From: Microcoleus sp.
GTDB taxonomy: Bacteria > Cyanobacteriota > Cyanobacteriia > Cyanobacteriales > Microcoleaceae
Assembly: GCA_042408215.1 (NCBI GenBank)
Contig: JAYFMW010000003.1
Coordinates: 1-64,000, forward strand
Length of the DNA stretch: 64,000 nt
Direction of reading: 5' to 3'
A model generated the notes under the pieces. It saw only the letters and a program-made list of their open reading frames with translations, did not search any database and was not told the origin of the DNA. How positions within the stretch are numbered: position 1 is the first letter of the stretch; the number at the start of each line of letters is the position of its first letter. Made by a program: the position numbers and the translations under genes. Below, piece after piece: positions 50,874 to 60,301 of the stretch.

Positions 50874-51119
50874 ATGTCATCCCCAGAACTAAACCTAGCC
50901 GATAACTGGGAATTCACAGAATTATGGGTAGATCCGACAGCATCACCACCTTACGTCCTAATTTTACTCGGTGACAGTTCAGGTAATAGCTGTGTCTACG
51001 ATCCTGCTCAAAATTATCAGATTGTATTTGCGAGTTCAGATTATCAAGAAGCTAAACTTTGGCTATTAGAAGATGAATACGAACGAGTAGAGCGTCGGTT
51101 ACAATTGTCAGCAGCATGA
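50874..51119 (+). CDS. Small acidic hypothetical protein
   Basis: 81 aa, co-oriented; PPYVLIL..VYDP..WLLEDEYE. Confidence 0.7.
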   Translation: MSSPELNLADNWEFTELWVDPTASPPYVLILLGDSSGNSCVYDPAQNYQIVFASSDYQEAKLWLLEDEYERVERRLQLSAA

Positions 51120-51122
51120 CCC

Positions 51123-51272
51123 CTATTTTTCGGAAAATGGGGAAGAGCGATCGGGATATTCTGCATTATAAACGTCGGAACTAATCACAACTGCTGGACG
51201 TTTTTTATTAGTAGTTTGAGCGGTAAAGGGAAACGGAACTAAAACCACATCACCAAAATTATAACTCGTCAT
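51123..51272 (-). pseudogene. Truncated PemK/MazF toxin
   Basis: FGDVVLVPFPFT..KKRPAVVISS..YN; breaks off at a HIP1-like site (51147-51154). Confidence 0.85.
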
Positions 51273-51468
51273 ACTCAGCATCCTCTGAGTTATCCCAAAT
51301 TTTAGCAAAAGCTGCTTCTGAGAGTTTAGTTGCAGTATAAACTAGCAGACGAGCTTCACTTCGCGTTAATAGGAAGTCGATAAAATCTTCTAATACCGTA
51401 ATTTGCTCTGGCGGTAAACTACGGATTTTTTCCATCAGCTTTGTTTCAGGGTTTTGGGCGATACTCAT
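51259..51468 (-). CDS. DUF2281-like antitoxin
   Basis: KIRSLPPEQITVLEDFIDFL..SEAAFAKIWDNSEDAEYDEL. Confidence 0.8.
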   Translation of the reverse strand: MSIAQNPETKLMEKIRSLPPEQITVLEDFIDFLLTRSEARLLVYTATKLSEAAFAKIWDNSEDAEYDEL

Positions 51469-51603
51469 GTTATATCTCACTTGTTTATTGACAAAACAGC
51501 ATAGATATGATATATCGTCAATTTTTGCATTCCACTAACAAATGGTATTAATAACTATCTTGGTCTAGGTAAATGCAATAGTCGATCGCATTTACCAGCC
51601 TAC

Positions 51604-52032
51604 TTACTTCGCCTTCACCACCAGCACCGAACAGTGAGCATCCGCCACCACCTGAGAGCTCACCGAACCCTCCAAAATCCGCTTCACACCAGTCAAACCC
51701 CGACAGCCGATCGCAATTACATCAGCCTGATAGATATTAGCCAAACGCACAATCTCCTCCGCCGGTTCCCCCGAAACAATCTCCAACTCGCTCTCGCAAG
51801 GCAACTTTTCCTGATAAGATTGCAGCAACCTTTCCACCTTTCGGTAAGGAACCTCATCTCCCTGAGAGTGAGGTCGATCGAGCATCATCTCAAAATCCGA
51901 CGTTCCCGAAGTCACAACATGAACTAGAATCACCTTTGTTGTCGGTTCTAGCTGGAATTTTCCCACAGCTTGCAACACCTGTTCGGCAAACTCTGAATCG
52001 TCTATCGCTACCAAAACTGTCTTCAATACCAT
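51604..52032 (-). CDS. Universal stress protein
   Basis: VLVAIDDS, GEPAEEIV, IGCRGLTGVKRILEGSVS..HCSVLVV. Confidence 0.93.
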   Translation of the reverse strand: MVLKTVLVAIDDSEFAEQVLQAVGKFQLEPTTKVILVHVVTSGTSDFEMMLDRPHSQGDEVPYRKVERLLQSYQEKLPCESELEIVSGEPAEEIVRLANIYQADVIAIGCRGLTGVKRILEGSVSSQVVADAHCSVLVVKAK

Positions 52033-52125
52033 GCCATTTCAAATCTCAGATAATAGATCTTAAATTTTTACTTGGCTGGTGGCAAGTAAAAGTTATTAAC
52101 TTCAATATGAGATTTTAGATCTCAT

Positions 52126-52464
52126 CAGAAAATTGGGTTTGAAACCCCGTCCTTTGAGGACGGCTTTATATTTCCCCTTTCGGGGTGGAGGGGTATGGTT
52201 GCCCCCTCCCTTGGAGATATGGTTGTCTCCGTTTTTCCCTTTCGGGTAATGTTCGCTTCGCCAATGTTATAAGAGCTTGTTAGACCTGCAACACTGTTCC
52301 AGTGACCTTAGAACTGTTTAATCGCAGATGACAGAGCGGAAAACTAGCGTCGCATTCTCCGGTGTCGTGACTCGAATAACGTAGCCAGTTAAGGCGATAG
52401 CTGGTCAGAATAGCTTGTTCGATTACTCTTACAAGCTCCGGCCCTTAAGGGCGGGGTTCCTGAC
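52126..52464 (-). mobile_element. Non-autonomous IS200/IS605-superfamily (IscB-type) mini-element
   Basis: Subterminal hairpins CCCCGTCCTTTGAGGACGG and CCGGCCCTTAAGGGCGGGG; ends in TGAC and is preceded by TCAT; no ORF. Confidence 0.75.
52237..52464 (-). ncRNA. HEARO / IscB omega-RNA scaffold
   Basis: Minus strand: GTCAGGAACCCCGCCCTTAAGGGCCGGAGCTTG..CTGACCAGC..CTACGTT..GACACC..TGCGACGCTAG..GCTCTGTC..TTAAACAG..CAGTG..AACATTGGCGAAGCGAACATTACC. Confidence 0.8.
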
Positions 52465-52549
52465 AAATAGAGATTCCTAGATTGTTGCCTACTTGCAACC
52501 ATCTTTCACTTCCCACCAGCACCACCCATCTAAAATCTACCATCTAGAA

Positions 52550-52684
52550 GGTGACGATCCCACACCAATCGCCAGCGATCTGGTGTGGGATTCAGAGTCC
52601 GGTTAAGGATATCTAGAACTTCCTTCAAGGTACTCCAATTGTTTCCCTCTACGGCATTTTAAAGTGAGGAACACAGGCCCACTC
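52550..52684 (-). ncRNA. Candidate sRNA (possibly PsrR1/SyR1-like)
   Basis: Extended -10 TGCTAGAAT upstream; CCGTAGAGGGAAAC..TGGAGT..AACCGGACT body; strong 3' hairpin ATCCCACACCA/TGGTGTGGGAT. Family assignment is from memory only. Confidence 0.4.
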
Positions 52685-52768
52685 AGGGCATTCTAGCAAA
52701 TATTGGCTCGTCTCGTCATCCATGCGGGAAACGAAGCGTTATCCTGCGAGGGATTCCCGTCTGTTTAG

Positions 52769-54082
52769 CTAAAATTCTGCATCCCGATCGTTTTCAGTCC
52801 GCAGCCGCACCGAATCAGCGTGAGAAGGAAGCCCCTCTGCTTCGGCCAAAACATTAATCGCCTTACTCACCTTTTTCAGTGCTGTCGGCGAATATTCAAT
52901 CAAACTCGAATGCTTAATAAAAGTTTCGACACCCAGCGGCGAAGCATAGCGGGGAGAGCCCGAAGTCGGCAAAGTGTGATTCGGCCCCGCCAAATAGTCT
53001 CCCACAGCTTCCGGCGTCGAGTAGCCCAAGAAAATCGCCCCAGCGTGGCGAATTTGCTCCAGCAAGGCCCAGGGATCTGCCACTTGCAATTCCAAGTGTT
53101 CCGGGGCAAACTCGTTAGAGAGTTCCGCCGCCGTCTTGAGAGACTCAACTACCACGACTAAACCATAATTAGCGATCGCCTTTTCTGTTAAAGTTCGGCG
53201 CGGGTGATTTGTCAACTGTCTGTCTACCTCAGCCACCACTTTTCTCGCCAGCACCGAATCCGCCGTCAGCAAAATCGCCGACGCCATCGAATCATGTTCA
53301 GCTTGAGCCAACATATCCGCAGCTACGTGGACAGGATTTGCCGAGCCGTCTGCGATAATCAGCACCTCCGACGGGCCCGCCAGAGAATCAATCCCCACAT
53401 TCCCGTAAACCAGTTTTTTCGCTAGCGTGACGTAAATATTCCCCGGCCCAGTAATTAAATCCACCTTCGGAATAGTTTCCGTACCGTAGGCCAAAGCCGC
53501 GATCGCCTGGGCCCCACCTACCCGATAAATCTCATCAACTCCCGCTTCCTGAGCCGCTACGAGTACCGCAGGATTCATTTTCTTCTCCTGTCCGGGGGGA
53601 GTACACATCACCAGTCTCGGAACCTTGGCGACCTTTGCAGGCACCGCATTCATAATCACCGAGCTGGGATAGGACGCTTGACCGCCTGGGATGTAAATTC
53701 CCGCTCGATCGACCGGCGTATACCGCTTGCCCAAAACTATCTCGTCATCGCCAAACTGTACCCAAGACTTCGGGACGCGCTGTCGGTGAAACGCCTCTAC
53801 CTGTTTGCAAGCCAGCCGGATTGCATTTAATAATTCTTTCGACACCTGCTGGTAAGCAGCATCCAATTCGGCGCCACTCACCCGCAATTCTTCCGCATTT
53901 AGGGTGATGCGGTCGAATTCAGCGGTGTAGTGCAGCACAGCCAGATCGCCTTTGCGCCTTACAGCTTGCAGCACTTCCCGCACAGTTGCTTCTTTGTGAA
54001 CGACGAGTTCGTCATGGGTGCGATCGCAGATCCGTCGCAGTTCAGCTTGTGCTTCAACCCACTGAGTAATGATTCGCAGCAT
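52769..54082 (-). CDS. hisD: Histidinol dehydrogenase
   Basis: [52 protein letters not shown]; start MLRII. Confidence 0.97.
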   Translation of the reverse strand: MLRIITQWVEAQAELRRICDRTHDELVVHKEATVREVLQAVRRKGDLAVLHYTAEFDRITLNAEELRVSGAELDAAYQQVSKELLNAIRLACKQVEAFHRQRVPKSWVQFGDDEIVLGKRYTPVDRAGIYIPGGQASYPSSVIMNAVPAKVAKVPRLVMCTPPGQEKKMNPAVLVAAQEAGVDEIYRVGGAQAIAALAYGTETIPKVDLITGPGNIYVTLAKKLVYGNVGIDSLAGPSEVLIIADGSANPVHVAADMLAQAEHDSMASAILLTADSVLARKVVAEVDRQLTNHPRRTLTEKAIANYGLVVVVESLKTAAELSNEFAPEHLELQVADPWALLEQIRHAGAIFLGYSTPEAVGDYLAGPNHTLPTSGSPRYASPLGVETFIKHSSLIEYSPTALKKVSKAINVLAEAEGLPSHADSVRLRTENDRDAEF

Positions 54083-54214
54083 GGAGATTAGGAATGCCTT
54101 CCCTAGGAATTGCCCGCCTGAGATCCGGGTGCCGAGGGAGAAGACAAGAGGGGGAGAGAGGAGAGACCAGGAGGGGGAGAGACCAGGAGTGGGAGAAGGG
54201 GAGAATTGCGAAAA

Positions 54215-54292
54215 TCTGCCTTCTGCCCTCTGCCTTCTGCCTTCTGCCCTCTGCCCTCTGCCTTCTGCCTTCTGCCTTCTGCCTTCTGCCTT
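54215..54292. repeat. STRR tract (CTGCCTT/CTGCCCT)n
   Basis: Direct reading. Confidence 0.9.
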
Positions 54293-54480
54293 CGGTAAGT
54301 GCTTCTTGCCGAAGCCCAAATCACCCATACTCTTTGTTATAGCTTAACTTGGATTTTTCCGGGAATCGCATTTTTAGCAGAATAAGTGCTATGTTAGTTT
54401 CTCGGATACTTTGTAATTTTTTTATAAAAAAACGCCCAAATTATTGTATACTTGAAAATTGCGTGCAAGACAATCGTGAC

Positions 54481-54729
54481 CGAAAAACGAGCCCGCCATA
54501 CCTAACTTGATTGCTTGAGGTGGGAGTCAGTCCCGGCTTCAACCGTCTTGAATCTGTGTTCTGGTTGCTCCATAAACGTTCAAATCCTAGAATCAAGGAC
54601 TTCTATGTTAGGGACAAACTGGTTTATTTAAGACGGTAGGGCATACCGTTTAAGCAAAGCGCAGGGTCAAGTCATCAGACTCCCGCCCTGCCAAGAATCC
54701 CCTCGCCGGGCGGGTATGGGGAGTGTCAA
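54481..54729 (+). mobile_element. Internally deleted IS200/IS605 (TnpB-type) element retaining both ends
   Basis: LE-like AAAAACGAGCCCGC..; ACGGTAGGGCATACCG hairpin; RE AGAATCCCC...GGGGAGTGTCAA. Confidence 0.6.
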
Positions 54730-54812
54730 GAGCGCCTGGAAGCATCAGGCTTTTTGTGGATAGAACCCAAAAAGGTTGTCCAGCAGAATCCCCGACTCTT
54801 GAGAATCGGGAG

Positions 54813-55210
54813 CTAGACTAAATAGCCAAATACTTGTCTAAAGTTGCTCATAGTTCTTCACGGTGATGATATTGACAGCGTTGTAATTTTCTGCAAATTT
54901 GACGCTCATGCCGAAACGATGAGGCAAAATATCTGGTTTGTAAACCACAGTCGATTCAAAACTGACCAGCCTGTAAAAAGGTCGAACGGGAGACCACGAT
55001 TCGTTAAATAGGTTGAAAATACAGGTTGAACAATGGCTAAAAGCTTCAACAGTTATACAACGTGATGCCTAGGGTGGGCTACACCCGAATTTACGCCTGT
55101 GGACAAGTAGGAGCCGACTCCCTTGGCAGAAGCAGGAAGCAGACCCTCTAGAAACCACTTCTAGTTGAATGGTGAAGCTTGAATAAGTTTAGCCAAGTTT
55201 TGTATAGCAG
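54813..55210 (+). mobile_element. IS607-like non-autonomous element inserted into a second IS605-type right end
   Basis: 3' part GGGTGGGCTACACCCGAATTTACGCCTGTGGA..GAAGCAGGAA..AAGTTTTGTATAGCAG resembles IS607 tnpB ends. Removing it restores AGAATCCCC...GGGAG|TGTCAA. Confidence 0.6.
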
Positions 55211-55243
55211 TGTCAATCAATACCTATTTCCAGTAACTGAACT

Positions 55244-55543
55244 ATGGCTAATATTAAGTCTGCTGTCAAACGAGTCAAAATCGCCGAGCGCAACCGCTTG
55301 TACAACAAGTCTTACAAGTCAGCGGTCAAAACCCTGATGAAGAAGTATTTTGCGGCTGTTGACAAGTATGCGGCTGCTCCGAGTCCTGAGTCAATGCAAG
55401 AGGTGCAGCAGCGTATGTCTGAGGCTTACAGCAAAATCGATAAGGCTGTCAAGAAAGGTGTACTCCACCGCAACAACGGCGATCGCAAGAAATCCCGGTT
55501 GGCGAGAACCCTGAAGCCGCATGAAACACAAGTAGCATCCTGA
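55244..55543 (+). CDS. rpsT: 30S ribosomal protein S20
   Basis: [36 protein letters not shown]. Confidence 0.97.
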   Translation: MANIKSAVKRVKIAERNRLYNKSYKSAVKTLMKKYFAAVDKYAAAPSPESMQEVQQRMSEAYSKIDKAVKKGVLHRNNGDRKKSRLARTLKPHETQVAS

Positions 55544-55566
55544 AGCAGAAGGCAGAAGGCCATAAC

Positions 55567-55627
55567 AATTACGAATTAAAAAATACGAATTACGAATTAT
55601 TCACTCGTAATTAGTAATTGGTAATTC
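55567..55627. repeat. (AATTACG)/(CGTAATT) inverted STRR element
   Basis: Recurs at 56513-56585, 56746-56848 and 63159-63297 around a TATTCACTC core. Confidence 0.8.
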
Positions 55628-55714
55628 GATTCTCCCCGGCTCCCTCTGGCTCAACTGTGGGAGCTGTGCGAGCTCAAAACAATTCCCTTTTTTCACCTCT
55701 ACTCTGCTTCCCTT

Positions 55715-56503
55715 ATGCAGCTCATCGACACCCACGTTCATATCAATTTTGATACGTACAAATCAGAGTTAGAAGCGATTCGAGAACGCTGGCGCGCAAC
55801 TGGTGTGGTTCGTCTGGTTCATTCCTGTGTAGAGCCAGCAGAGTTTGCGGGAATTCAAGCGATCGCCAATCAGTTTGCAGAAGTGTCTTGGGCCGTTGGG
55901 CTCCACCCCCTAGACGCAGGAAAGTGGACGGACGAGACTGGAAGCCAGATTAGGGAATTGGCGAGTTCTGATTCTAGAGTAGTGGCGATCGGGGAAACCG
56001 GACTGGATTTTTATAAGGCGGACGATAGAGAACACCAGTTCAAAGTATTTGAAGCACAACTCGCGATCGCCCAGCAACTTGACAAACCGGTGATTATCCA
56101 CTGTCGTAACGCAGCCGCGCCAATGGCAGAAATGCTACGGAATTTTTGGCAAACTCGCGGAAAAGTGCGCGGGGTGATGCACTGTTGGGGAGGGACTCCC
56201 GAAGAAACTCAATGGTTTTTAGATTTGGGTTTCTACATCAGTTTTAGCGGAACTGTCACCTTTAAAAAAGCTTTGCAAATACAAGAGTCAGTTTGTATGG
56301 TAAATAGCGATCGCCTTTTAGTCGAAACAGATTGCCCTTTTCTCGCCCCTGTACCCAAGCGGGGAAAACGAAACGAACCGGCTTACGTCTATTATGTAGC
56401 GGAGCAAGTTGCTAAATTGAGGGGAGTTTCTCTGGAAACTTTGTGTCAGCAGACGACTGAAAACGCCTGTCAGCTATTCGGTCTTTCTCTCGCTCAAGAT
56501 TAG
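55715..56503 (+). CDS. tatD: TatD family hydrolase
   Basis: [37 protein letters not shown]. Confidence 0.93.
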   Translation: MQLIDTHVHINFDTYKSELEAIRERWRATGVVRLVHSCVEPAEFAGIQAIANQFAEVSWAVGLHPLDAGKWTDETGSQIRELASSDSRVVAIGETGLDFYKADDREHQFKVFEAQLAIAQQLDKPVIIHCRNAAAPMAEMLRNFWQTRGKVRGVMHCWGGTPEETQWFLDLGFYISFSGTVTFKKALQIQESVCMVNSDRLLVETDCPFLAPVPKRGKRNEPAYVYYVAEQVAKLRGVSLETLCQQTTENACQLFGLSLAQD

Positions 56504-56904
56504 CTGCGAGGGAATTACGAATTATTCACTCGTAATTCGTAATTCGTAATTTTTAATTCGTAATTGTTTCGTAATTCGTAATTCCCTTTTCGTTACACTT
56601 CACCCAAAACTGGAACTGCAATGCGGGCAAAAGCTGGAAAGTAAATTTTAGGAGTCAAATGTCTAGAGGTTTGTGCGAACTAACACGCTTGATATCGCAG
56701 CTCAAACTGTCGATCGAGAAGGTAAAAAGGGCAGAGAGTGGGACAATTACGAATTAGAAATTACGAATTCCGAATTATTCACTCGTAATTAGTAATTCCC
56801 TTCTCGTAATTCCCTTCTCGTAATTAGTAATTCGTAATTCGTAATTCCCTGCCGGCCGGGGCGCATTGTAAAAAACTAGAGCTTTCTCAGGAAAATAAAT
56901 ACCC

Positions 56905-59900
56905 ATGACTACTAAAGATTACACGGAATTCGCCTTCACCTTGCCCGACCTGATCGAAATCCAGCGGGCAAGTTTTCGCTGGTTCCTGGAAGCGGGACTC
57001 ATTGAAGAACTTGACAGCTTTTCCCCGATTACTGACTACACAGGGAAGCTGGAACTTCACTTCATGGGTAAAGACTTCAAACTCAAGCGCCCCAAATACG
57101 ATGTGGACGAAGCCAAGCGCAGGGACAGCACCTACTCCGTGCAAATGTACGTCCCTACCCGTCTGATTAACAAAGAAACAGGCGAAATCAAAGAACAAGA
57201 AGTCTTCATCGGTGATTTACCCTTGATGACCGAACGCGGCACCTTCATCATCAACGGTGCTGAACGGGTCATCGTCAACCAAATCGTGCGATCGCCCGGT
57301 GTCTACTACAAATCAGAAACGGACAAGAATGGACGCCGTTCCTACAATGCTTCTCTGATTCCCAACCGTGGGGCGTGGCTGAAATTTGAGACGGATAAGA
57401 ATGATTTAGTGTGGGTGAGAATCGATAAAACCCGGAAACTCAGCGCTCAGGTGTTGCTGAAAGCACTGGGACTAACAGACGGGGAAATCAACGACTCCCT
57501 GCGTCACCCGGAATATTTCCAGAAGACGATCGAAAAAGAAGGTCAGTTCGGCGAAGAAGAGGCTCTGATGGAGCTGTACCGCAAGCTGCGACCGGGTGAA
57601 CCCCCCACCGTGGCGGGTGGCGAACAGTTGCTTAATTCGCGTTTTTTCGACCCCAAACGCTACGATTTGGGCCGGGTGGGACGCTACAAACTCAACAAAA
57701 AGTTGCGCTTGACAGTGCCAGATACAATGCGGGTGTTGACTTCGCAGGATATTTTGACGGCGATCGACTATTTGATTAATTTAGAATTCGACATCGGCTC
57801 AACGGATGACATCGACCACTTGGGAAACCGCCGGGTGAGGAGTGTGGGAGAGTTGCTGCAAAACCAGGTGCGGGTGGGTCTAAACCGCCTAGAACGGATT
57901 ATCCGGGAACGGATGACTGTTTCGGATGCAGATTCTTTGAGTCCGGCTTCTTTGGTGAACCCGAAACCGTTGGTGGCGGCGATTAAGGAGTTTTTTGGTT
58001 CGTCGCAGTTGTCGCAGTTTATGGATCAGACTAATCCGCTGGCGGAACTGACGCACAAACGTCGGCTTTCAGCTTTGGGACCTGGTGGTTTGACTCGGGA
58101 ACGGGCGGGGTTTGCGGTGCGGGATATTCATCCGTCGCACTATGGTCGGATTTGTCCGATCGAAACTCCAGAAGGCCCCAACGCCGGACTCATTGGTTCT
58201 CTGGCGACTCACGCGCGGGTGAATTCCTATGGCTTCATTGAAACTCCTTTTTATCCAGTAGAAAAAGGACGGGTGCTGCGGGATAAGGCTCCTGTTTATA
58301 TGACGGCGGATGAAGAGGATGATTTGCGGGTTGCGCCGGGGGACATTAGCCTTGACGAAAATAATAATCTGTTGGGCGAAACGGTGGCGGTGCGCTACCG
58401 CCAAGAGTTTACGACGACGACTCCCATGCAAGTGGACTATATGGCGATTTCGCCAGTGCAAATCGTGTCTGTGGCTACTTCCATGATTCCGTTCCTGGAA
58501 CATGATGACGCGAACAGAGCTCTGATGGGCTCGAATATGCAGCGCCAAGCTGTGCCCCTACTGAAACCGGAACGGCCTCTGGTGGGTACTGGTTTGGAGG
58601 CTCAAGCGGCGCGAGATTCAGGGATGGTGGTGGTTTCTCGGACTAATGGTGAGGTGGTTTATATTGATGCGACGCGGGTGATTGTGAAGTCTCTGGCGCT
58701 TGATGCGGAATCTAGCAATGGCGATGAACATTTCATGATTCGGGATTATGACGAGTTGAGGGTGAAAAATCCGTCGGCTTTCAAGCAGAAGTATGTTGGT
58801 TGTGTGGAACATGAGTTGCAAAAATATCAGCGTTCTAATCAGGATACTTGTTTGAATCAGCGTCCTTTGAGCTATGAGGGCGATCGGGTGGTTGCGGGTC
58901 AGGTGCTAGCGGATGGTTCTTCGACAGAAGGAGCAGAACTGGCTCTGGGTCACAATATCCTGGTAGCCTATATGCCTTGGGAGGGCTATAACTATGAGGA
59001 TGCGATGCTGATTAGTGAGCGTCTGGTTTATGAGGATGTATACACCAGCATCCACATTGAAAAGTACGAAATTGAGGCTCGTCAAACTAAGTTAGGCCCT
59101 GAAGAAATTACTCGCGAAATTCCCAACGTCGGAGAAGATGCTCTGCGACAGTTGGATGAACAGGGGATTATCCGCAAGGGGGCTTGGGTGGAAGCTAGCG
59201 ATATTTTGGTGGGTAAGGTAACACCGAAGGGTGAATCTGACCAACCGCCAGAAGAGAAATTGCTGCGGGCTATTTTTGGGGAAAAAGCTCGTGATGTGCG
59301 GGATAATTCGCTGCGGGTTCCCAATGGTGAAAAGGGCCGCGTTGTAGACGTGCGGGTTTTCACGCGGGAACAGGGCGATGAACTGCCGCCAGGGGCAAAT
59401 ATGGTTGTCCGTGTTTATGTGGCCCAAAAGCGGAAGATTCAAGTCGGTGACAAAATGGCTGGCCGCCACGGAAATAAGGGTATTGTGTCGCGGATTTTGC
59501 CGAAGGAGGATATGCCTTATTTGCCTGATGGTACCCCCGTTGATATGGTGTTGAATCCTTTGGGTGTGCCTTCTCGGATGAATGTGGGTCAGATTTTTGA
59601 GTGTTTGCTGGGATGGGCTGGGGAAAATCTGTCGATGCGGTTTAAGATGGTGCCTTTTGATGAAATGCACGGGGCTGAGAAGTCTCGGGAAACTGTGCAT
59701 GGTAAGTTGCAGGAGGCGCGGGAGAAGACTGGTAAGCCGTGGGTTTTTAATGAGAAGCATCCGGGTAAGACTATTGTCTACGATGGCCGGACTGGTGAGG
59801 CGTTCGATCGACCGATTACGGTGGGTATCGCTTATATGCTGAAACTCGTCCACTTGGTAGATGACAAAATCCACGCCCGGAGCACGGGGCCTTATTCGCT

Positions 59901-60294
59901 GGTGACGCAGCAGCCTTTGGGAGGTAAGGCGCAGCAGGGTGGCCAGCGGTTCGGGGAAATGGAAGTCTGGGCTCTGGAGGCTTTCGGGGCGGCTTATACT
60001 TTGCAGGAGTTGCTGACTGTGAAGTCGGATGATATGCAGGGAAGGAACGAGGCTTTGAATGCGATCGTCAAGGGGAAGGCGATTCCTCGGCCGGGTACTC
60101 CTGAGTCTTTCAAGGTGCTGATGCGGGAGTTACAGTCCTTGTGTTTGGATATTGCTGTGCACAAGGTTAATACTTCTGACGATGGTAGCGAACACGTTGA
60201 GGTGGATTTGATGGCTGATATTGGGGGTCGGCGATCGCCTTCTCGGCCTACATACGAGTCTATTTCCCGTGACGAACTGGACGAGGATATGTAG
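56905..60294 (+). CDS. rpoB: DNA-directed RNA polymerase subunit beta
   Basis: [45 protein letters not shown]. Confidence 0.99.
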   Translation: MTTKDYTEFAFTLPDLIEIQRASFRWFLEAGLIEELDSFSPITDYTGKLELHFMGKDFKLKRPKYDVDEAKRRDSTYSVQMYVPTRLINKETGEIKEQEVFIGDLPLMTERGTFIINGAERVIVNQIVRSPGVYYKSETDKNGRRSYNASLIPNRGAWLKFETDKNDLVWVRIDKTRKLSAQVLLKALGLTDGEINDSLRHPEYFQKTIEKEGQFGEEEALMELYRKLRPGEPPTVAGGEQLLNSRFFDPKRYDLGRVGRYKLNKKLRLTVPDTMRVLTSQDILTAIDYLINLEFDIGSTDDIDHLGNRRVRSVGELLQNQVRVGLNRLERIIRERMTVSDADSLSPASLVNPKPLVAAIKEFFGSSQLSQFMDQTNPLAELTHKRRLSALGPGGLTRERAGFAVRDIHPSHYGRICPIETPEGPNAGLIGSLATHARVNSYGFIETPFYPVEKGRVLRDKAPVYMTADEEDDLRVAPGDISLDENNNLLGETVAVRYRQEFTTTTPMQVDYMAISPVQIVSVATSMIPFLEHDDANRALMGSNMQRQAVPLLKPERPLVGTGLEAQAARDSGMVVVSRTNGEVVYIDATRVIVKSLALDAESSNGDEHFMIRDYDELRVKNPSAFKQKYVGCVEHELQKYQRSNQDTCLNQRPLSYEGDRVVAGQVLADGSSTEGAELALGHNILVAYMPWEGYNYEDAMLISERLVYEDVYTSIHIEKYEIEARQTKLGPEEITREIPNVGEDALRQLDEQGIIRKGAWVEASDILVGKVTPKGESDQPPEEKLLRAIFGEKARDVRDNSLRVPNGEKGRVVDVRVFTREQGDELPPGANMVVRVYVAQKRKIQVGDKMAGRHGNKGIVSRILPKEDMPYLPDGTPVDMVLNPLGVPSRMNVGQIFECLLGWAGENLSMRFKMVPFDEMHGAEKSRETVHGKLQEAREKTGKPWVFNEKHPGKTIVYDGRTGEAFDRPITVGIAYMLKLVHLVDDKIHARSTGPYSLVTQQPLGGKAQQGGQRFGEMEVWALEAFGAAYTLQELLTVKSDDMQGRNEALNAIVKGKAIPRPGTPESFKVLMRELQSLCLDIAVHKVNTSDDGSEHVEVDLMADIGGRRSPSRPTYESISRDELDEDM

Positions 60295-60301
60295 GGATTA
60301 G

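Noticed and set aside
45474..51480. Classical integron
   Set aside because: There is no intI tyrosine recombinase in the window, the hairpins lack the RYYYAAC/GTTRRRY attC boxes, and the cassettes are in mixed orientation.
54083..54328. 82-aa N-terminal extension of HisD
   Set aside because: Made of repeat-derived codons; the conserved protein starts at MLRII (54082). The same applies to the extensions on ORFs 5738..6796, 7893..9146 and 40953..41456.
54813..55210. Group I intron / IStron
   Set aside because: I could not identify the P3-P7 core motifs, and the element is intergenic.
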